From Octopus vulgaris (lineage: Eukaryota), in contig OX597821.1 in the NCBI GenBank assembly GCA_951406725.2, positions 47,554,001-47,618,000 of the forward strand: a stretch of 64,000 nt of DNA, given 5' to 3'. A model generated the notes under the pieces. The model saw only the letters and a program-made list of their open reading frames with translations, ran no database searches and was not told where the DNA came from. Shown here piece by piece: positions 38,842 through 51,695 of this stretch (positions within the stretch are counted from its first letter, which is position 1; each line of letters begins with the position of its first letter). Both the position numbers and the translations under genes were made by a program.

Positions 38842-38880
<39 letters not shown>

Positions 38881-39759
38881 AGAGAGAGGGAGGAGAAAGA
38901 GAGAGAGAAGTGACTAACAATACAGAGATGATGATATTGTATTGTTTAAAATAACAGGTACTGCTTTCATTTCTCATAGCAGCAGAATAATACAGGAGAT
39001 ATGAGAGTGATGGGGTTGGGGGGGGGGGGGAGTTAAAAGGTTGTAAATGGAGGAAAGAGGAAAGGTAGATGATAATAGCCAGAGGGAGAGGATAGGGTCA
39101 TCAACAGTTAGAATGAGGAATGAATGTTAATGGGAAGTGACAGTGGGAGGTCAAAGGTTGTGAGTGAGAGGGAGTGAAAAATAGATACAAACATGGGTGG
39201 AAGATCATTGAGGATAAGTGTGAGGAAGTGGCTTGCGAGAAGGACCAAGTTATCTAGGTGGAGGGAAAGGGGGCTAAGTTATGTGTATAGTGTGCATAAA
39301 TATCATATTTAGGAAACCTCAGTTTCAGTATTTGAGTATGACTGGGTAAGTCTTCTTGACTACTGTGTAACACCAATGAAAATGGTCCTTAATCATTTTT
39401 CCTGAGTCTCCCCATTCCACAGTTTTCATTTCATCTACATTTAGTGGTGGGCACTTCTTTATATAACTGCCAGTATCCATGCACTTCACATCTCCATACC
39501 AGCACGATCAATCTTCTCTCTTGCACCCTACCTTTTATGCCCAGTTTTTCTCTCAACACATTTGCACTTTGCCATAGATGCATACTTCCAGTGGATCATG
39601 TTCTCTTCATTTCCTTCTAGTCTTCACAGGTCATCCACACTTACAGCCCATGTCTAACTCTCATATGTATCATTCAATATGCCTGTTACTTGGCAAGAAA
39701 TCTTTCTCAGTTCAGTATTTGCTTTGATATAATATATGTATATGCTTTATTATGCTTTT

Positions 39760-40062
39760 GGTGGAGGCACATGGCCTAGTGGTTAGAGCGGCGGATTCAA
39801 GGTCGAGGGATCATGGGTTTGAATCTCAGACCAGGCGATGTGTGTGTTTATGAGCGAAAACACCTAAGCTCAACGCGCCTCCAGCAGAAGGTAATGGCAA
39901 ACTTCTCCCGACTCTTTCCCCACAACTTTCTCTCTCTCTTTACTCCTGCATCTTGCAGCTCACCTGCGATGGACCAGTGTCCCATCCAGGTGGGGAACCT
40001 ATATGCCAAGGAAACTGGGAAACCGGCCCTTATGAGCCTGGCATGGCTCGAGAAGGTACAAA
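39760..40062 (+). mobile_element. tRNA-derived SINE with V-domain-like body and TSD
   Basis: Head GGAGGCACATGGCCTAGTGGTTAGAGC is shared with family B. The body contains CCTGCGATGGACCAGTGTCCCATCCAGG. The TSD CTTTATTATGCTTT lies at 39745-39758 and 40063-40076. Confidence 0.82.
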
Positions 40063-40545
40063 CTTTATTATGCTTTAATAGGTTTGAAGAGTTAGCCAGT
40101 TGCTGAGAAGTAATTAACCAATAATGCTGAGCAGGTGGAGATTATTTAATGCAAAGTTTTATTTTTTTTATTGTTATGGTATTAGCAGAAATTTTGTCGG
40201 AAGAAACATTCTGTTGGTTATAATTATTACCTAAATGCAGTTTCACATTATTCTTATTCCTAGTTCTGCAGATGGCTATGAAAAAAGACATGAGGAGAAG
40301 AATATTCATAAATATGAGCAAATGATTGAACCAGCAATTTGTTAATGGGTGTTGCAAATGATGGAAACACATAGAATTGATGACTGTTCAGCACAAAGGA
40401 AAAAATTGTAATCACTGAGAGCTAAACTAAATCTGGAATAAACTTCTCATCTCATTGCTTGGCCATTAGTCAGTATTTGCCTGTGACTGTCTTAAAAGGT
40501 ATTGATGCTGACTGAGATGTCTAATTTTGGTTGGGGTTTGTATAC

Positions 40546-40576
<31 letters not shown>

Positions 40577-40912
40577 CATACATACATACATACACACACA
40601 CATACATACATACATACATACAAACATACATACATACATACATACATATATACATACATACAAACATACATACATACATACAAACATACATACATATATA
40701 CCTATACATACATATATACATACATACACACATACATACATACACACACATACATACATACATGCATACGTACATACATACATACATACACACACACATA
40801 CATACATACATACATACACACATACATACATACATACATACATACATGCATACGTACATACATACATACATACATACATAAATACATACATACATACATA
40901 CATACATACACA
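40546..40912. repeat. (TACA)n microsatellite
   Basis: Seen directly. It explains the YIHT/MYVC ORFs. Confidence 0.98.
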
Positions 40913-41308
40913 TCTATGAAATGACTTGGAATATTTTTGTTGAGAACTTGTTTAGTGACATCTCAGCCTTGTTATCAAATGCATTCCAGCTATGGCCAGC
41001 CAGTATATTAGAGGCTGGATTGTCTAATGGTGTTATGATGTTATTTCTAGAGTGCAAGCAGCCAAGAAGAGATTCGTAAGTGATTAGTTGCGCTATTCTC
41101 AGTATTATTATGAAACCCAAAACTGTTTAACCCCTCAAGTAATATAAAACAGTTTGGTGGCAAATCACAGCAATATGTAAACTATACAAGTTTCAAATAT
41201 AGTAAAAAGCCAGGTAAAAACCTCAGTTCAAAATAGACTTGTGGAATGAGCTGTTTGATTGTCCTCTCTATATTATATCCTCCTTAATTTCCTAATCTTT
41301 CTCTTTAA

Positions 41309-41776
41309 CCCTTTAGAATTTAAGCCAGCAATATCTGACCCTAATATTCTTCTTGCTTTATGCACAAACTGCTCAGATCTAGCCTCTCTCACTTAACTTA
41401 CAAAATCATTCGAAAAATATACAAGCACATGATTGAAACCTTGAAACTATGAGATAATGCATGACTAATTCAAAACCTTTTGAATAAATAAGTATAGGTA
41501 CAGGAGTGGCTATGTGGTAAGTAGCTTGATTACCAACCAAATAGTTCCAGGTTCAGTCCCTCTGCATGGCACAATGGGCAAGTGTCTTCTACTGTAGCCT
41601 TGGGCTAACCAAAGCCTTGTTAGTGGATTTGGTAAACGGAAACTGAAAGAAGTCTGTCGTATATATATATCACGTGACTAATCAGACCATCAGATTTTGT
41701 TACACATCGCTGGTCACAATGCGTTCGCATTGTTTTAGCCTTCGAATGATGCCACCCCACTGGCTAAGCAAGCAGG

Positions 41777-41818
<42 letters not shown>

Positions 41819-41841
41819 TACATATACATATATACATATAC

Positions 41842-41876
<35 letters not shown>

Positions 41877-42120
41877 TATGTTTGTGTGTCTGTGTTTGCC
41901 CCCCAACATCACTTGACAACTGAATCTGGTTGTTTACATCCCCGCAACTTATCGGTTCAGCAAAAGAGACCAATAGAATAAGTACTAGGCTTACAAAGAA
42001 TAAGTCCTTGGGTCAATTTGCTCGACTAAAGGTAGTACTCCAGCATGCCCACAGTCAAATGACTGAAACAAATGAAAGAATAAAAGAACATTTTGATAGA
42101 GTAACCTGAATACCGAAGGA
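41309..42120. mobile_element. TTAA piggyBac-like MITE interrupted by a SINE
   Basis: TTAA|CCCTTTAG start and GAAGGA|TTAA end. The two halves are the reverse complement of 6896-7116. Confidence 0.65.
41496..42088 (+). mobile_element. tRNA-derived SINE (family A) carrying a 110-bp insertion in its (TA)n tract
   Basis: Head and tail match 63630-64000. Extra sequence at 41671-41780 is flanked by (TA)n. Confidence 0.85.
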
Positions 42121-44044
42121 TTAAAACTTGGTCTACAATAAAAGTCTCCTTCCATAATGGCTTATGTTCATCTGCCTTTGTTCATAACTTAAAGTACCAA
42201 ACCAGAGTCAATCACCTGTAAAAGATATATTCAGTGTGTCCTGTTTCTCCACCTTACAATTCATCTTTCTCAAATGCAAACAATACTCAGTTACTGTTTA
42301 ATTTTTCTTCTACATTTCTGGCTTGCGCTTTGAATTACTAAGATTTCTGCAAGCTAGACCTCTTGTAGTATACCTTTTCTTGTTAACTTAGTGCTTCATC
42401 AAGGAATGCTTAAATAGGAAGAATTTGAAATCAGTTTCATTTGAGAAAATGATGATGTTTTCCAGCTGTTTGTCTCTGAAAATAAATTCTCAAATATGTT
42501 GCTATTTTCTGTCTGAGAAGAACAGATTCCTACACATGCATTGAGAAAATATTTCATTAGAACTAATATTCTACATTGCAGAATTTTGTCTCATTATTTC
42601 TAAGACAACTTGAAGAATCTTGATTAATCTTGACATAGTTTTCTTTTCATCAGCTTTAAACCACTTAATCGGGTCAAACTATTGCAAATCTTCACTGCTG
42701 CAGTAATTACTGCCAGTATCAACAACTTTACAGACAACAACAACAACTACAGACATTATCTGTTGTTCTTAGCGTAGAATTTTATTTTATTTTACCTTTT
42801 GTATCTATTTTATTATTTAATTTTTGTTTCTAGTTTGTGTGCTGTAGAAAAAAAAATGTAATATTCATCAAATAATGTATAAACAGATAATAATAATTCG
42901 TTAGTTTTGATTTTATTTCTAAATAAGATTAACCTGCTGTGAATATACTTCTACACAATTCCAACTGATATTAGTATTCCAATCTTAGTTTTGCTCAAAT
43001 GAAATTATTGAGATAATTAACTGGCAATTACATAAAACTGTACTGAACAGTATTCAACCATTCAGATATTATTAGCTGGAGAAGAGTAGTGTGTTGGTAG
43101 AAATGGAGGAATAGAAGACTAAATGCCATACATTTATTAAATTTCGTAGCTTTACACTTTGAGTTCAATTTCTACATTGGGCTGATAAAACAAATTTCAG
43201 AAATGTACTGGTGTTGAGTCAATTAACTGAGTTCTCTCATAAAATATGGCCTTTAACCTAATCAACTTTGATATATATTAGAGTGTGCTTTATGTATGTT
43301 GAAGTAGCTGAAATGGTAAAATGCCAGACAAAATGCTTTGTAGTCAATGACTAAGTTCCTTTTCAGTCTATTAATCCTGTAAGAAATGAATTTGCCTTTT
43401 ACTTTTTCATGGTCGATAAAATAAGTACTAATGATATAAGGTTGACTGAACGGACTTTCTCTCTCCCTTATAGAAATCAATAACAATACAGCAGTGGTGG
43501 TGAGAATCAGAGAATCGCAACCAATACAGTTCAATTTCTGATAATATGGTGTCTTTGACCTAATTTTAACTTCCATCTACTATTTCCCTCAGTTATTTAC
43601 ATTGCTAATATCTGTCAATGGCTTGGTTGTCACGCAACTTCATTGTGTCTTCAGTTTATAAAGATGTGGTGTCTGTGTTAGAAATCAATATCATTTACAT
43701 CAGTGAAGCAGAAAAACAGCAAGGTTGTTTGAACTTTTGATCAAATATCTGGATGCCATATAACAGGACTTGCTTTTACTTGTCTATGTTCTGAGTTCCA
43801 ACCTCACCAGAGTTGATTCTGTGATTACATATTCTTTAGAAACAATATTATAGTGTAGATGGCAGGATTGATCCTTTTCTCTTTTTTTTTTATTTACTTT
43901 TACAACATTGCTACTACGCTGTAAGTATTCACCACATCAATACTTTACATTCATCTAGATATGGTAATTATACTGAGTGGCTTTTGCTTCCTTTTGTAGT
44001 TTATTCCCAAAATTAATAAGTTTTCTTCAGATATTCTTTTTTTA

Positions 44045-44392
44045 ATTCTTTTCATTTGTTTCAGTCATTTGACTGTGGCCATGCTGGAGCACCGCCTTTA
44101 GTCAACCAGCTAAACAACTTATTCTTTGCAAGGTCTAGTATTTATTCTATTGGTCGCTTTTGCCAAACCACTAAGTTACAGGGACATAAAAACAGCAGCA
44201 TCAGTTGTCAAGCGATGGTGGAGGGACAAACACAGACACACACACACAAATACATATATATATATATATATGTATTCACAATGGGCTTCTTTCAGTTTCT
44301 GTCTACCAAATCCACTCACATGGCTTTGGTTGGCCCAAGGCTACAGTAGAAGACAATAGCCCATAAGTGCCACACAGTGGGACTGAACCTGG
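44045..44392 (-). mobile_element. tRNA-derived SINE (family A)
   Basis: Reverse complement of the family A consensus seen elsewhere in the window. Confidence 0.8.
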
Positions 44393-44619
44393 CTGGTGAG
44401 CTGGCAGAATTGTTTGCATAAGGAAAATGATAGCAACAATAATGATATATCATTGCCGAATACAGGTGCTGTTGTAGGAATGGGATTAGTGTGGACAGTG
44501 CCTCCAAGCTTCATGACATGTCTAACATGTTGCACAATCTTTGTAAACAAAACATTTCATAAGTATGTCTGGGCTACTTGTTGTTTGTAAAACTAAGAAG
44601 ATATTACTTTGTAAGGAAA

Positions 44620-45405
44620 TATTAGGGTATTCAGAAAGTAATTGTCTCTTACCAGAAAGGATATAAAAACGAATGTAAACTATGTTTATCTTAATGTTTT
44701 AATCAAGAATGTAATCACCATCGTTTTCAACCATTGCAGCCTAACAGGAAAGCAACATTTTTATGTCATGTTCAAAGAAACATTTCTTTTCCTGGAAAAA
44801 TATCTGAAAGATTGTTTTCAACTTCCTCTCTGGTTCTGAATGTTTTGCCTCTTATAAAATATTCTAGTAATCAGAACATATGGAAATCCATTGGTGACAA
44901 GTCAGGTGAATATGGAGGATGTGGAAGAAATTCCCATCTTACTGATCTTTTTTTTCTGAGTCTTGTTTTGAAGAGTATGACCATGCATTGCTATGCTAGA
45001 GAATAACACCTTTTCTGTTTACTAAAGCCAGCCACTTTCAGTGGAGATTGACTAAAGAGCCACACCAATTCACGTGAGAATTGGCCCAGCAGATGGGATG
45101 CTCTCATGAGAACCATTGGCTGTCACCTCCTGATATTGTGTCTTAAGATTATTATTATTGTTTTTTGTCACACAATTTGCAAGGCATTTCATTCAACAAT
45201 ATGTAGCTGAAAATGTGATTCAGTGAATCCTTTGAGTCAAGACCCAGTGATTTCTACAGCCAAGGCATTGATAAACTGGTGGAATGCTAGTGAGAAGTCT
45301 TGAACAATGAAGAAGAAAATATTAATGATTGATTTGTTAAAATTATTGATGAAAAATAAGGATCAAAATAAATGGAAAAATGAACAATTTTATCTGACAA
45401 CCCAT
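44620..45405. mobile_element. Two mariner C-terminal relics in opposite orientation
   Basis: Minus strand PHPPYSPDLSPMDFHMF at about 44875-44925. Plus strand SRPSDFYSQGIDKLVEC at about 45235-45290, followed by a TIR-like TTATCTGACAACCCA. Confidence 0.65.
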
Positions 45406-45505
45406 TATATGTATGCATATATATATTTACATGCATAAATGCATGCAAATATGTACATATACATACATTCATATGCACACACAAATATATATATATATTA
45501 TTATA

Positions 45506-46535
45506 TGAGGGTAGGTAAAAATTTTTACACACTCTTGTTTCTGTAATTTATTAAAACAAAAGCAGGTTTTGCATCCTTTTTCAACATAGTCTCCTTGCTT
45601 TTCAATGCATGTACCCCAGAAGTCTACAAACTTGCTTATTTCATTGAAGAAGAAGGAGCCTGGCATAAGGGGCAGATTGCTGGTTTCAGTTTGCTGATTA
45701 GCATTTTACTGTATTTGACACTGGTGACTGTAGACATGTTTCCCAGGTAGTGTTCTAGTAAAAGCCCTTTTGTTGTCCCCAAAGGCAGTTAGCATCACAT
45801 TTTCTGGGACAGGTTGAGTCTCGAATTTCTCTTTTGCTGGTGATTCTGGGTGTTTCCACTCCATCCTCTGACTTTTGAACTCTGGCTCAGAGTGATGGAC
45901 CCAGATCTCATCTCCTGTGTCTATCCTCTTAAAAAAAAAAACTTCACTGTCATTGTTGTAGTGGTGGAGTAGGTGTTGATAGATCTCCAAACAATTGTGG
46001 TTTTTGTTTTTCAGTCAGCTCTCTTGACACCTGTCTTACACAGACTTAATGGAAGTGAAGCTTGTCATGGATGATTTCATATGCAGAACCATGACTAATT
46101 TGCAGCGAATATGCCATGTCATCGATGGTCATTTGTTGTTTTGCCAGAACCATCTCTCAAGCTTGTTGAATCTTCACATCAATGGTGGAGGGTGAGCAAC
46201 ACCCTGCTCCCTCTTTGTACTTCCGTACTTCACACTTGTCTGGCCTTTCTTAAACAACTTGATCCAATCATTCAAACTTCTACACAGTAGAGCACTGTTT
46301 TGAAAGCTTGTGGTATATTTCAGTCCCTGATACCCCTTCGAACCAGAGAAAGCAGATCCTTGATCTCTGTTCTTCCTTGGTACACACATTTACTCTGTTA
46401 CAGAAAACTGGAGTGATCAAGGTCCCGTTATATAACCACAAGAGTACCACCTTTTAGCATGCAAGTACTGAAAGAAGTGCAGCCAACCTAAATAAAGTTT
46501 TGGGGAAGGTGCATATAATTTTTGATTACCATTTG
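45506..46535 (-). mobile_element. mariner transposon, decayed
   Basis: TA-flanked TGAGGGTAGGTAAAAATT / AATTTTTGATTACCATTTG termini. RIDTGDEIWVHHSEPEFKSQRMEWKH carries the first catalytic D; WGTCIEKQGDYVEK is the C-terminus. Confidence 0.85.
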
Positions 46536-48032
46536 TATGTACACACACACAACACACAACACACAGATACATCATCATATCTGGTTTCCATGCTGGCATG
46601 GGGTTTAGGTAATATTTAACAACTGAATGCTCTTCCTGTCATCAAACCTGACCTGTTTTATGAGGGTCTTCTTATTCCATTTGCCTTCACAGGCACAGAA
46701 TTACAAAATATGTTTAACATCATCATTTTGCTCAAGCAGTGTTATGTGAGGTCATGCAGAACAAAATCACACACAAACACACACACACAACACAACACAC
46801 ACACACACACACAGCACAACACAAGGGCTCTCCTAGAGTTTCCGCCTGCCATTTCAACACACAATCTGTTGGTCACCCTGATGTTACAGTAGATGACACT
46901 TGTCAAAGATGTCATTGAGAAGGGATGAACTTAAAACACAATAGTAATGAAATAAACTCTATATCATCCAGACAGTCATAAACCATTTGTTATTACTCTG
47001 CAAAAGGTTATTGGTTTTATTAATTCTGTCATTTATTTTATTTAGAATATGATTGCTAGTTAATCCAATATTGCCCTTGATAGAGTTAATTAATCTGCAT
47101 TGTGAACAAGAAAGGAAGTTCCCGCAATATAAGTTTCATGATTAGGTTAAACATTCTTATCTAACGTCAAGTCTAGGTTTGTATGCTTTAATTTTTGTAC
47201 TTTTATTCTATTGTTGATGTTGGAAAAGTGTGTGAATTAACTTATCTGTAAATTTGTGTAATATAATTAAATAACTGTCCTTCATAATAAGACAAAGTAA
47301 AACTGGTTTCAGTGTACCCATCATTGTCTAATTCCCACTGACATTTTGTTTATAATTAAACAGACATCACCTGAGATCAACAGCAACCAAATAGGAGGGA
47401 TATGTAGTTCATAAGAGAACTATATCTTCCTGATAGTCACACAGTATAAGGAAAATTGTTGCAGTATAAAGAAGGAGAGTTCAGGGGAAATACACACAAG
47501 TGATCAAACTGGTACAGCAATGAAGTGCAGGGTTAAGGAGGTGGGAGGGTGTTGCCTGCTTATGTTAACTGGTGAACTTGTGTGTTGAGGTGGGGATGTA
47601 AAAGAAAGGATTTGTCTTTCATCTATTAGAAGGGTGGATGTAGGTTGAGATAGTTTGGATCAACTGTTGATGGAAATATTCTGATCTGATAATGCTGAGC
47701 TTGCACCCTATACACAAATATATATCATCGCCATTTAACATTCACCTTTGCCATGTCTGTATAAGTCAGACAGACGTTTAGGGAGCAGATTTTCTATGAC
47801 AAGACACTCACTGTGTCACCAACCCTCACTTGCATCCAAGCAAGGTAATGTTTCCTCTCGACCAGACGTTTTCCAGGGAAGACTAGAAATGAACAACATT
47901 GTTTGTATGATAGAGAATACTTGCTTTGTAGCCATCCTATTATGTCATGACAAGGGTACACATGAACATGCACCCTCACACACACACATGCACACACACT
48001 CATATACACTCTCTTACACATACACACATGTA

Positions 48033-48158
<126 letters not shown>

Positions 48159-48885
48159 TATACACATAATGATTTTTTTTTCTTCAATTTCAATGTAGCA
48201 AATTTACTCTAAAGGCTTTAGTCAGCCTGAGCTGTAGTAGAGGACACTTGCTCCTGGTGCCATGCAGTAGGACTGAACCCAAGACCACATGGTAGGGAAG
48301 CAAGCATTTTAGCCACACAACCATGCCTGTACCTGTTCTCCATCATTAACAGCTCACTTACCTGTTATCACCCCACCTGGCTGAAACCAGTGAAGAGTAG
48401 AGGCTCCATATTTAAAGAGAACATTTGTAATTATGACTTTATATATGATGAAATAATCATTTGAGTATGAGCGTTGTCATACAAACCCATCCAACCTATG
48501 CTACAATGAACAGTGTATGTTAAGCCACCAAAAATTTTTTAACCACACCACCACCACCACCACCATCAAGATGTCTATTGCTGGAGGATTAAATGGTGAA
48601 CAATGACATGTTGCAATATGATCCCCAGGTCAGATGTTTATATTCCTATCCATTGTAATGAATATTTAACAATTCAGCAAAGTTAATTTCTCTCTCCTTC
48701 TCTCACTGTATATGTGTATCTGATCTAGCAAGTGGGATCTCGTGTCAGTGAGTGGCGCCAGTGCACAATGATGCCACCAAGAGGTTAGGTCCTGAAACGG
48801 TGTGCATTCTCTCCTGATGACACCATACACTTGCTGGCCTTCAGTATGTGAAGCTTTCGACTGGTAGCACTTGCATACTCTATTT

Positions 48886-49106
48886 TTGCTCTTTTACTTG
48901 TTTCAGTCATTTAACTGTGGCCATGCTTGAGCACTGCCTTTAGTCAAGCAAATCAACCCCAGCATTTATTCTTTGTAAGCCTACTACTTATGCTATCGGT
49001 CTCTTTTGCCAAACTGCTAAGTTACGGGGACGTAAACACACCAGCATCGGTTGTCAAGCGATGTTGTGGGGACAATCACAGACACACAAACATATACAAA
49101 CACATG

Positions 49107-49200
<94 letters not shown>

Positions 49201-49229
49201 TACGATGGGCTTCTTTCAGTTTCCGTCAG
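48886..49229 (-). mobile_element. tRNA-derived SINE (family A), 3' two-thirds
   Basis: Reverse complement of the family A tail and body. Confidence 0.8.
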
Positions 49230-49309
49230 CCACTTTGCCTCCATGAAGCCCAATACTTGAAAGCAACTCCTTCACTTTACCTCTGTGAGAAATATGTATA
49301 TATATGTAC

Positions 49310-50205
49310 AAGCTTGAAAGAAATGAAACTAGTATGATCTGCTGAATGTGTAATGTCAGTGTGTATACACAACAGAGTGTAAGCACCCTGAGAGAAAAGT
49401 TGGGCATAAGAAGCATCAAATGTGGTGTGCAAGAGAGACGACTGCATTGTATGGTCATGTGTTACATATGGATGAGGACAACTGTGTGAGGAAGTGCCAC
49501 TCCCTAACTGTGGAAGGAACCTGTGGAAGAGGTAGACCCAGGAAGACATGGGATGAGGTGGTGAAGCATGACCTTCAAACATTAGGCTTCACAGAGGCAA
49601 TGACAGAAGACTGAAACCTTTGTAGATATGCCGTGATTGAGAAGACCTGGCAAGTAAAGTGAGATCACAGCCATGGCCAATACCAGTATCACATAATCAG
49701 CCCATTTAAAAGTATCCCTGATGCGTCGGGCAATATGATATGCTTGAGAAGACCTGTTGAGTCAATTAAAGCCAAAATCATAGCTGTGGCCAGTGTTCCC
49801 TGACTGGCTCCCATGCCAGTGGCACATAAAAAGCACCATTCGAACATGGCCAATGCCAGTACTCCCTGACTGACTCCTGTGCTGCTGGCATATAAAAAGC
49901 ACCATTTGAATGTGGCCGATGCCAGTACCCCCTGACTGGCTCCCAAGCTGGTGGCATGTAAAAAGCATTTTCTGAATGTGATCGATGCCAGGACCACGTG
50001 ACTGGCCCCTGTACTTGGGGCACGTAAAAAGCACCCACTACACTCTTGGAGTGGTTGGCATTAGGAAGGACATCCAGCTGTAGAAACACTGCCAGATCAG
50101 ATTGGAGCCTGGTGCAGTCGCTGGCTCTCCAGACCTCAGTCAAAAAACCCAACACATGCCAGCATAGAAAATGGACGTTAAATGATGATGATAATGATGA
50201 TGGTG
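49310..50205 (+). mobile_element. RTE-clade LINE 3' end with ~60-bp tandem 3'UTR repeats and (GAT)n tail
   Basis: LYGHVLHMDEDNCVRKCHSLTVEGTCGRGRPRKTWDEVVKHDL. About four units of gtggccgatgccagtaccccctgactggctccc...aaaaagcaccatt lie at 49786-50040. Confidence 0.9.
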
Positions 50206-50224
50206 ATGTGTGTGTGCATCTATA

Positions 50225-50378
50225 TATATCATCATCATCATCATCATCATCGTTTAGCGTCCGTTTTCCATGCTAGCATGGGTTGGACGGTTCTACTGGG
50301 GTCTGTGAAGCCAGAAGGCTTCATCAGGCCCAGTCAAATCTGGCAGTGTTTCTACGGCTGGATGCCCTTCCTAACGCC
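50225..50378 (-). mobile_element. RTE 3'-terminal fragment, inverted relative to the upstream copy
   Basis: (ATC)n followed by the reverse complement of ggcgttaggaagggcatccagccgtagaaacactgccaga. Confidence 0.8.
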
Positions 50379-50705
50379 ATATATATATATATATATATAT
50401 ACACTAAATGTATAAATATTCGAAAATATTTATATAGGTATTATTATTAATTATTATCATTAGTAAAATGAATAATAACATTAATAATATAGGTGGGCAA
50501 CAAGCAAAAGCCAATAAATGGCAAATCCAAAATTTTATAATTAATTTATGATTCTTATAGAGCACATGTGGTGCCAGCATTGTTGTGAAAATCAGAGTAG
50601 AAAAATTCTCTAAGAAAAATAACAAGCACAACAGAAATTGGGCTATGAGCAAAGAAATTAACTTACTATCTCGGCAGAAAGCTGTAGAATGAGGAAGTAG
50701 ATACC

Positions 50706-50763
50706 CCTAGAACAATTGCTTTCAAATTTTGAGAGTTTACCTCCCTTAATTTTCATCAGCAGG
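50706..50763 (-). ncRNA. Type-I hammerhead ribozyme motif
   Basis: Minus strand reads CCTG-CTGATGA-AAATT-aa-GGGAG-gtaaa-CTCTC-aa-AATTT-GAA-AGCAATTGTT-C-TAGG. This gives a 4-bp stem I, bipartite stem II, near-palindromic stem III and a UUC triplet. Confidence 0.75.
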
Positions 50764-51379
50764 TCTTACTATATACCTAGGGTTATGATACGAAGTAGCA
50801 ACCAAGTATTAAAATATTCTCAATTTAAATTTACAATATCCTTCTTCTTATCCTCCTCCACCTCAATGTAATTATATAATAATAACAATATAAACTATGA
50901 CTCAGTTGACAGTGTGTTCATGGGTTGGGTTATTATTTTACAGTCCTTGACCTACTTCAACTTGTTCTACAGTATCCAGAGTCTGCCAACTTTTAGTAAA
51001 TTTATTGTTTAGTCATTGAGTTGTTTAGATTCAGGTCAATCCTGACTAGACAGATCTATGCTCAACAGTATTTCATCCATGAGCTTCATGTCTTTTCTCT
51101 ATGTCAGGAAACCAAGACCATATTATTCAATGTGTCCTTTTCTAAAACAGATTATTGGCTGCTTTATCAAGCAGGTTGACTGACTCCATAGAGATTCTCT
51201 CATTCACCCATATATTTATTGGTGCTGTGGAGGTAAATGTAAGTTTTAAGTTGTAGTGGTTATAATAATTTAATTCTAGCCTGGTGTTGAGTTCAACTTC
51301 TATCAAGAGTATAACTTTGAATCATTTGAATACAATCAGACAGAATTGCTTTAGATATATTACATGAAAAGTTCATATT

Positions 51380-51695
51380 TTATTTGTGAATTCCATACCA
51401 CTGGGCTCGTGTTATTTCTATTCAGAAATTTCCTTCCCATGCATCTTTCTTCCTTTCATCATCCTTGTTCTGTCCAATTCCTCTTCCTTTTCCCATGAAT
51501 CACTGTGCCCAATTCATCTTTCTCTGAATCTCAGTTCTGTGGAATTCTCTCTTTGATCATGTCTTACTTGCAGGTGTTGACTTACAAAGGTTCAAGAAGA
51601 ACATTAATGGCATCAATCTCACCAGTTTAGGAGGGCCTATGATGATCATGGATACTACCTCTTCCCTTAGCAATTAAAAACAAAAACAACAAAAA
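51380..51695 (+). mobile_element. CR1/Jockey-like LINE 3' end
   Basis: LWNSLFDHVLLAGVDLQRFKKNINGINL followed by an A-rich tail. Confidence 0.55.

Noticed and set aside
40466-40924. Cluster of 116-145 aa ORFs
   Set aside because: These are translations of (TACA)n. The same applies to the HT/CV/IY ORFs at 7.3, 17.7, 31, 48 and 49 kb.
49786-50040. Regularly spaced repeats superficially like a CRISPR array (also 27340-27600)
   Set aside because: These are whole-unit tandem repeats without unique spacers, inside eukaryotic retroelement UTRs, with no cas genes.
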